The notes below the pieces were generated by a model. It searched no databases. It was not told the origin of the DNA and saw nothing but the letters and a program-made list of their open reading frames with translations. A stretch of 64,000 bases of DNA from an uncultured delta proteobacterium (GTDB lineage Bacteria; Desulfobacterota; Syntrophia; Syntrophales; Smithellaceae), in NCBI GenBank assembly GCA_903904655.1, contig CAIVDK010000139.1:3325-67324 (forward strand), in the 5' to 3' direction. Position 1 is the first letter of the stretch. Each line of letters begins with the position of its first letter. Both the position numbers and the translations under genes were made by a program. This document shows, piece by piece, positions 34,957 to 41,559 of the stretch.

Positions 34957-36501
34957 ATGCTGCTGCACGATTTTCTCAAGATGAGCACTGAACGGTATCC
35001 TGAAAACGAGGCGGTGGTCCATCTGGCACGCCGAATGACCTTCGCCGAGCTCGATATTCTCTCTGATCACATTGCCGTGCACCTGACCACTGCCGGAGTA
35101 AGGCTTGGTGATCGTGTTATTCTGTATATCGAGAATTCCTGCGACTATGTGACCGCTTATTTCGGCGCTCTTAAGGCGGGCGCCATCGTCGTCCCCCTAA
35201 ACGTTGCCATGGTCGCCTCCGAGATACTGGTGATGATCGGGGATTGTCTTCCGGCCGCCGTGTTGACCGTGAAACGCCGTTTACCTGCGGTGGCGAATAT
35301 TTTTCAGGTCTTCGGGAAGATATGTCCTGTCATTCCAGTCGATGATGTTTCTCCCGAGGATTTCAGTGAGGTAGGGCGAAGCCTCCCGCAAATTAGTAAT
35401 AACAACCTCGCAGCCATACTCTACACATCGGGGACAACCGGCAGGCCGAAAGGGGTGATGCTCACGCATGAAAACCTCTGCGCCAATGCATTGTCCATCG
35501 TAGGGTACCTTGAACTTAACCCTGCCGACCGTGTCGCGGCCATTCTTCCTTTTTACTATTCCTATGGGAATTCCCTGATCACCACGCATGTGATGGTCGG
35601 CGGAACGCTGGTCATTGATAATCGCTTCATGTATCCCAATACCGTGCTCGAAACAATGCGTCGCGAAGCTGTTACAGGTTTTGCAGGCGTTCCGTCTCAC
35701 TTTGCGATCCTGCTGCACAAATCTTCTCTGCGGAATACCCTCCTGCCTGCCCTGCGCTATGTTACCCAGGCAGGCGGTCATCTTGCGCCGGATATGGTCC
35801 GGGAATTCCGTCGGATACTGCCCCAGGTAAAGTTCTATATCATGTATGGACAGACGGAGGCTTCGGCCCGGCTTACCTATCTGCATCCTGAATTTCTGGA
35901 CAGCAAGCCGGGTTCTATCGGCAAGGCAATCCCGGATGTCGAGATCCGGGTTGTCGATGAGACCGTTGCACGTATCGCTCCCGGCCAGGTGGGTGAGATT
36001 GTCGCAAAGGGGAAGAACATTATGGCGGGGTATTGGAACGACCCAGAAGGTACCGCACAGGTCTTGAAAGATGGTTGGCTTCATACCGGCGATCTGGCAA
36101 GAACGGATGAAGAAGGGTTTCTATATATCGTTGACAGGAAAAAGGATATCATAAAAACCGGTGGCACCCGGATCAGTCCAAGCGAAATAGAAGATATCGT
36201 ACGCGGCATGCCCGGCATTCACGAGTGCGCCGTCGTAGGGATTCCGGACCGGATACTGGGCGAAGCACTCAAACTTTTCGTGGTCCCCGATGAGAAAGGA
36301 GTGACCCAGAAAGAAGTGCTGAATTTCTGCCGGCAGCATTTATCACCATTTAAAATTCCCAAATACATAGAACTGGTTCGTGCTTTGCCATATACCCCAT
36401 CCGGAAAAATCAAACGGGAGTTGCTGCGCAGAGGAATGTCCGCAGGAAAAACGGCAGACGGTTGCCAGGTACCGGAACAAGAAGAAGGAGATCCACGGTG
36501 A
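34957..36501 (+). CDS. AMP-forming adenylating enzyme (acyl-CoA/acyl-carrier-protein ligase family)
   Basis: ILYTSGTTGRPKGVMLTHENL (A3 core), YGQTE, GWLHTGDLA, PSGKIKR (A10 Lys). 514 aa, 8 nt after the ACP gene. Confidence 0.9.
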   Translation: MLLHDFLKMSTERYPENEAVVHLARRMTFAELDILSDHIAVHLTTAGVRLGDRVILYIENSCDYVTAYFGALKAGAIVVPLNVAMVASEILVMIGDCLPAAVLTVKRRLPAVANIFQVFGKICPVIPVDDVSPEDFSEVGRSLPQISNNNLAAILYTSGTTGRPKGVMLTHENLCANALSIVGYLELNPADRVAAILPFYYSYGNSLITTHVMVGGTLVIDNRFMYPNTVLETMRREAVTGFAGVPSHFAILLHKSSLRNTLLPALRYVTQAGGHLAPDMVREFRRILPQVKFYIMYGQTEASARLTYLHPEFLDSKPGSIGKAIPDVEIRVVDETVARIAPGQVGEIVAKGKNIMAGYWNDPEGTAQVLKDGWLHTGDLARTDEEGFLYIVDRKKDIIKTGGTRISPSEIEDIVRGMPGIHECAVVGIPDRILGEALKLFVVPDEKGVTQKEVLNFCRQHLSPFKIPKYIELVRALPYTPSGKIKRELLRRGMSAGKTADGCQVPEQEEGDPR

Positions 36502-37211
36502 GTTGGCAGTCAGTCTCTTTATCCCATGTATTTCAAGGTGGATACTTCTTAGAGCTCATCGAAAAGCTTTTGATGAAAGTAGTTTGGCGCACACCCGCAT
36601 TTTTGCTGCATTACGACCGCTTTTTTATCCTGAGCTACGAATTCGATACACCGGCTGCTTGCGCCCGTCGATTAAAAAACATCCTGACCCGGGTAGCGGG
36701 AAGTGCCGACATCCCCGCTCTCAAACAATTCCTGGACAAAGGAGAAAGGTATAACAACCGGTTCAGGAAAGGAGATCTTGCCATCGTGGCTGAATTGGAC
36801 GATAAAATCGTCGGCATGGAGTGGATTGAAGTCAGCAAGGAGCATTATGAGGAAGAGGACGAATATCGATTCCCCCTTCCGGATGGGTCTGCCTGGACCT
36901 ACGACGGCTATGTTTCCCCGGCCCATCAGGTCAAGGGTGTCTGGGCAAGCATTACAGACGAAGTGGTACGTCATCAGAAACAGTGTTCTTTTCATGCGGT
37001 GTATTGTCTAGTGCAAGGATTGAACCGGCACGCAATCAACAGTCATATGCGCTACGGTTACCGGGCAAGGAGGCAGGTCGTCTTTGTAAGGTTTTTGTTC
37101 TTGCGAATCCATCTCGAAAAAAACCTGGACCAGACGGTGAAAAATAATGCCTGGCAGGCTACATTTGCATTTCGAAACCTGCGGTGGTACAAAGGCAGCC
37201 TGAATACTTGA
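36498..37211 (+). CDS. GNAT-like acyltransferase (weak assignment)
   Basis: I prefer the GTG at 36498 (GTGA overlap with the ligase stop, GAAGGAG 8 nt upstream). GYVSPAHQVKGVWASI resembles GNAT motif A. Otherwise no strong motif. Confidence 0.45.
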   Translation: MSWQSVSLSHVFQGGYFLELIEKLLMKVVWRTPAFLLHYDRFFILSYEFDTPAACARRLKNILTRVAGSADIPALKQFLDKGERYNNRFRKGDLAIVAELDDKIVGMEWIEVSKEHYEEEDEYRFPLPDGSAWTYDGYVSPAHQVKGVWASITDEVVRHQKQCSFHAVYCLVQGLNRHAINSHMRYGYRARRQVVFVRFLFLRIHLEKNLDQTVKNNAWQATFAFRNLRWYKGSLNT

Positions 37212-37356
37212 CGAGGCTCTCATGAATATTCATCAATCCATCGGTATTGTCAGCCGTTCTCTCCCTGTAACGAGTAGAAATTACTGGTTTGGCCAGCGTC
37301 CAATGGAAAACGCTATGCCGGCGAAACACAGATTCTCTCACGCAAGAGGCATGTAG

Positions 37357-38373
37357 ATGGAAGTGCTTGACTCCGAAAATGGCGTTGCAATCATAGAAGA
37401 GCAATCAAACGGCATCCGACACGTCCGCGTCGACATGAAGGACCCTTCGTCGTTTGTTTCGCTCCGGCATTGCACGACTATGTACGATCTGCGGCTGATC
37501 AAGCTCATATTCGATGTCAAAGGTCCGGCTTGGTTATGCGAAGAGATCATACGTGACGAGGACCCTGGGTACGTACAGCGATCTCTGAAGGCTGGCGTTC
37601 TCGGCTACGTCCCCCGTGCTCAATTCAACGGGAGTCGAGTCCTCGACTTCGGCTGTGGCGGTGGGGCGTCGACAGTCGTTCTAGGCAGAATGCTTGGTGC
37701 GAGAGAGATTGTTGGGATTGATCTCGAACCGGACCTCCTGCGCATAGCCCAAGCACGCCTTGAGTTCTATGACATGACGAATGTGCGGCTGCGCCTATCG
37801 ACGTCTCCGCTCGACCTACCGCCCGACATCGGTACGTTTGACTTCATCGTACTCAGCGGTGTTCTCGAGCACCTTTTACCCAATGAGAGGCGGTTTCTCC
37901 TGCCGGCGCTGTGGCGCGCCCTTAACCCCGGCGGCGTTACCTTCATTTGCGAAACACCCTCTCGCTGGTTACCGATTGAGATGCACACAACGGGACTGCC
38001 ACTCCTGAACTATTTGCCGAAGCGCATCGCCCTCGAATACGCACGCCGAATCTCAAAAACCGTCGATCGAGGTGATTCCTGGGAAGATCTGCTCAGGCGG
38101 GGCATTCGGGGTGCTTCCCTTCAAGAAGTCCTGCGGCTTATCCGTGCTGAAACCGCGGAACATCAGCTTGTGCTCACGCCAACCGCGGAGCGGTTGCGCG
38201 GCCCAATCGGCGTCTGGCTAGCCGGCCACCATGATAAGCCGCGCCGGACGTGGCAAAAGGCGGCGCTGCAGGCACTGCGGGTGCTAGCCGCCATGCCGCC
38301 CAGGCTGCAGTGGCGGTTAGCTCCCGCGCTGCTCCCGACTCTTCGAATAGCCCTGCGACGCCCGTCAGAGTGA
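37357..38373 (+). CDS. Class I SAM-dependent methyltransferase (visibly GC-richer than its neighbours)
   Basis: VLDFGCGGGASTVVL (motif I), IVGIDLEP (motif II), FDFIVLSGVLEHL, LNPGGV. Third codon positions are strongly G/C, unlike the flanking genes. Confidence 0.8.
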   Translation: MEVLDSENGVAIIEEQSNGIRHVRVDMKDPSSFVSLRHCTTMYDLRLIKLIFDVKGPAWLCEEIIRDEDPGYVQRSLKAGVLGYVPRAQFNGSRVLDFGCGGGASTVVLGRMLGAREIVGIDLEPDLLRIAQARLEFYDMTNVRLRLSTSPLDLPPDIGTFDFIVLSGVLEHLLPNERRFLLPALWRALNPGGVTFICETPSRWLPIEMHTTGLPLLNYLPKRIALEYARRISKTVDRGDSWEDLLRRGIRGASLQEVLRLIRAETAEHQLVLTPTAERLRGPIGVWLAGHHDKPRRTWQKAALQALRVLAAMPPRLQWRLAPALLPTLRIALRRPSE

Positions 38374-38505
38374 TGCGCCTGTGATCGGGCCGGAGAGACA
38401 AAGGAGTCCCAGGGCTGATGAGTGCACAGAGCTCCAGTGCATGTGCCACCAGAATCGCATCCCGCGCAAGGTGCGTGAGTTCTCTCATGTGTTTAAATAG
38501 AAACG

Positions 38506-38784
38506 ATGAGGATGGCATTTTTTATCAACAGAAGCAAAATTCAAAGCCAGGGCATTGTCCTGCAGAAGAAAGCCGGCTATTGCGTGGAAAAAGCGCTGCT
38601 GCTGCCAACCGTGGCCCGCTCCCTTGGCGTTTCAGGCCGGCTGCGATTTTCCGACGTCCGGAATCACCTCACGACGCAGCAGCTCAAGGAGATCTTCATC
38701 TGGAGCAATTCGTTTCGACAAAATCTCCTTGACATAAAAGACCCGCCTTCGTATGCTCCCTGTATAAAAAGCAAGTACTTATAA
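38506..38784 (+). pseudogene. Transglutaminase-like cysteine-protease core fragment (truncated remnant)
   Basis: KKAGYCVEKALLLPTVARSLGVSGRLRFSDVRNHL resembles the Cys-containing core of PF01841 proteins. The ORF is only 92 aa and lacks the downstream His/Asp region. Confidence 0.4.
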
Positions 38785-38801
38785 AAATCTTATCCACAAA
38801 G

Positions 38802-39512
38802 ATGTGGGGCGCTATCATGAAAGGAAAGTGGTGTGCATGGTTTTGGGGATGCTTTTTCCTGCTATTGTGCAGCGGCTACGTTTGTGCCGGATCTTCCCCG
38901 GATGCCCGCCAAAAGAAATGTTACAATAAAAGGGGGGATGAAGTCCCCTGCTCACCACGGAGTCGCGCGTTTTACGGACCGGATGCAACTTATAACGTTA
39001 CCCAATTATATGCCAAACTGGACAGAAAGGGTAGCCCTCTGCCGGATTCCGCAAAATCCTGGCCAATGGTAAAGGACAATGTAACAGGTCTGATCTGGGA
39101 GGTAAAACAGAATAAAGATGGTGTAATGAACTATGCCGACCCTCATGATGCAGACAATACTTACACCTGGTATGACAGCAACCCTAACACCAATGGCGGA
39201 AAAGCCGGGTCTGAAAATGCCGAGAGGGACACGGAAAGCTTCTTGTCTGCATTGAATACGGATCATTTTGGCGGCTATTCGGACTGGCGGTTGCCCACCA
39301 TCAAAGAACTTATTTTTTTAGTGAATCACAATTTTTTTGCCCCATCCATCAATTCGCATTATTTCCCTCGCACCAAAGCGGCCTTTTACTGGTCTTCTAC
39401 CAATGCCAGCATTCCCTATGGCGCGTGGGGCGTGGATTTTTCCTTTGGCTTTGACGGCAGCTACTATAAGGGTTATTATTTTTATGCCCTTGCAGTGCGT
39501 GGTAAAAAGTGA
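38802..39512 (+). CDS. DUF1566 (Lcl C-terminal, C-type-lectin-fold) lipoprotein/secreted protein
   Basis: Signal/lipobox FFLLLCSGYVCAG. GLIWEVKQN, YSDWRLPTIKELIFLV and FYWSSTN...AWGVDF are DUF1566 hallmarks. Confidence 0.7.
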   Translation: MWGAIMKGKWCAWFWGCFFLLLCSGYVCAGSSPDARQKKCYNKRGDEVPCSPRSRAFYGPDATYNVTQLYAKLDRKGSPLPDSAKSWPMVKDNVTGLIWEVKQNKDGVMNYADPHDADNTYTWYDSNPNTNGGKAGSENAERDTESFLSALNTDHFGGYSDWRLPTIKELIFLVNHNFFAPSINSHYFPRTKAAFYWSSTNASIPYGAWGVDFSFGFDGSYYKGYYFYALAVRGKK

Positions 39513-39563
39513 TCGTGACCGGCATCTGAGGGCAGCGGTAACGGAACGGTTGAGGATATTCAG

Positions 39564-40793
39564 TTGACCAAATTCATTTCAAACGACAAATGGCTCGTGA
39601 GTATCACCATCATTGGTCTTGCGTTCTATGTGGGGATGACGGGATTTATCGTTCTCAATGATAAACCTCTCGATTACTATATGTATCTCATTTCTTCTTA
39701 CGCCTTAGGTCATGGTGAAAACATATACGCAATGCCGGCAAGTACATATGAACGAATAGCGCAACACTTGGGAATTGTTACCAAGACGACACCCTATGGA
39801 TATCCGACCTTCACCGCTTTGTTGATCTATCCATTGTCCTTTTTGCCTCTACGACTGGGCGCAACAATCTGGGTTGGTTTAAGCGGTTTGGCCGCTTTGG
39901 CTTCGGGGCTTATCCTATGCTCGTTCACTGTTGAAAAATGGAAGCAACGGGTGATCCTGGTGTCCACCATTGCCTTTGTCCCAGTTATAACGACAATGAA
40001 TGCCGGCCAGGTCAATCTGTTTGTTTTATTGACAACTGTGCTTTCACTCTATTGTCTGCGCCAAGACAGAAATATTTTGAGCGGGGTTATTCTTGCAATA
40101 AGTATCTGGTTGAAGCCATTTGCAATTGCGCTTGTCCCGCTGATGATATGGCGCAGAAAGTGGAAAGCCCTCGGTGGTTTTTTACTTGGCAGTTTAATCA
40201 TTAACTTGATCAGCTTGGCTGTATTTGGCGTTGCCTCCACAATCTCTCAATTTACACGGGTTATGAGTATGGTAACGCCTTCCGGTTTATATATCGCCCT
40301 GACTGTACAGAATTTAAACGGGTTGCTGGGACGCTTTACAACCGGTATTTCAGCTCCGACCGGCTCTATGATATATCTTGTCGTTGCCGGTTTGATTGGG
40401 GTGATCACGGTTGCAGCAATTATTTTTAAACCTGATCGGCGGAATTTCGAGATGGAAGCTGCACTGTTGATTGCTGCAACGCACTTAATCGTGCCTCTGA
40501 CCTGGTACCATCATCTGACAATGCTGATATTGGTTCTTGCCTTTGTTGTGGTGTCTTGGAATAATCTTAAAGTTAGCATGGCTGTGGTACTTTTATTATT
40601 AGGGTTTGTTCTCACGGATATTCATGGGCTTTTATGGAAGCAGCTATCAAACTTACACCCGATTTTATCGAATTTCCCGGTCCTGACGACATTATTTTTA
40701 TGGGGGTTGGCGCTTGCACGAGTGTACCACAGCCAGGATTCATCGAAAATCTCTATAGGCTCCGGAGGGAATCTTAATGCTGAACCTTCATAA
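39564..40793 (+). CDS. GT87/DUF2029-family polyprenyl-phosphate-sugar-dependent glycosyltransferase (PimE-like)
   Basis: 409 aa polytopic, TTG start. YGYPTFTALLIYPLSFLP and WLKPFAIALVPLMIWRRKW resemble the DUF2029 core. Confidence 0.65.
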   Translation: MTKFISNDKWLVSITIIGLAFYVGMTGFIVLNDKPLDYYMYLISSYALGHGENIYAMPASTYERIAQHLGIVTKTTPYGYPTFTALLIYPLSFLPLRLGATIWVGLSGLAALASGLILCSFTVEKWKQRVILVSTIAFVPVITTMNAGQVNLFVLLTTVLSLYCLRQDRNILSGVILAISIWLKPFAIALVPLMIWRRKWKALGGFLLGSLIINLISLAVFGVASTISQFTRVMSMVTPSGLYIALTVQNLNGLLGRFTTGISAPTGSMIYLVVAGLIGVITVAAIIFKPDRRNFEMEAALLIAATHLIVPLTWYHHLTMLILVLAFVVVSWNNLKVSMAVVLLLLGFVLTDIHGLLWKQLSNLHPILSNFPVLTTLFLWGLALARVYHSQDSSKISIGSGGNLNAEPS

Positions 40794-41559
40794 AATCATT
40801 GTGGTCATGCCTGCCTACAATGCAGCTCAAACACTTCGCGCAACTTATGACGAAGTTATGGCGCAAAACATTGTCGACAGGATTATCCTGGTAGATGATG
40901 GCAGCACCGATGCAACTCTATCCATTGCCCAAACCCTGCCTAACACACTTGTCTATCAGCACAAACAAAATATGGGTTATGGCGCCAATCAAAAATCCTG
41001 TTACGATCTGGCGCTTAAAGAAGGCGCAGACATTGTCATCATGGTTCATCCGGATTCCCAGTATACGCCAAAACTGATACCGGCCATGGCTTCATTAATC
41101 GCCAGCGGCCTTTATGAATGTGTGTTGGGTTCCAGAATACTAGGCGGATATGCACTAAAAGGCGGAATGCCGGTGTGGCGATATATTGCCAATCGATTTC
41201 TTACGTTTATTGAAAATATTTTTTTGGGGGCAAAACTTTCCGAATATCACAGCGGCTACAGGGCATTTTCCAGAAGCCTTCTGGAGAAGCTTCCGATGAA
41301 AGAAAATTCAGATGATTTTGTGTTCGACAATCAGATGCTGGCTCAGATCATATGGCTAGGCTATACCGTGGCAGAAGTGAGCTGCCCGACTAAATATTTT
41401 CCAGAAGCCTCTTCTATCAATTTCTTCCGGTCCATTCAGTATGGCTGGGGATGCTTGCAGGTATCTTTATCGTATCGCCTTTCTAAACTAAACCTAATTT
41501 CAACGCCGCGATTTCCCAAGCTTTCTAACAAAAAGGAAACCTCCAATAAAGACTTATGA
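40777..41559 (+). CDS. GT2 polyprenyl-phosphate sugar synthase (Dpm1/Ppm1-like, soluble)
   Basis: IIVVMPAYNAAQTL...IILVDDGSTDAT...VMVHPDSQY. 260 aa without C-terminal TM helices. 17-nt overlap with the GT87 gene and 4-nt overlap with the next gene. Confidence 0.85.
   Translation: MLNLHKIIVVMPAYNAAQTLRATYDEVMAQNIVDRIILVDDGSTDATLSIAQTLPNTLVYQHKQNMGYGANQKSCYDLALKEGADIVIMVHPDSQYTPKLIPAMASLIASGLYECVLGSRILGGYALKGGMPVWRYIANRFLTFIENIFLGAKLSEYHSGYRAFSRSLLEKLPMKENSDDFVFDNQMLAQIIWLGYTVAEVSCPTKYFPEASSINFFRSIQYGWGCLQVSLSYRLSKLNLISTPRFPKLSNKKETSNKDL

Noticed and set aside
35281-36084. 267-aa minus-strand ORF
   Set aside because: Antisense to the AMP-forming ligase, whose A3/A8/A10 motifs are unambiguous. 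No motifs of its own.
38174-38737. Cluster of overlapping ORFs (38174..38518 -, 38418..38732 +, 38555..38737 +)
   Set aside because: These are products of locally high GC with few stop codons. They have Arg/Ala/Pro-rich nonsense-like translations. Only the 38506..38784 frame shows any family resemblance, and that one looks like a gene remnant.
38790-38798. Perfect DnaA box TTATCCACA, with a partial inverted partner TGTGG at 38804-38808, at the start of the DUF1566 gene
   Set aside because: It is an isolated single box about 22 kb from dnaA with no AT-rich unwinding region or box cluster. A 9-mer can occur by chance, so it is not called as an origin or regulatory site.
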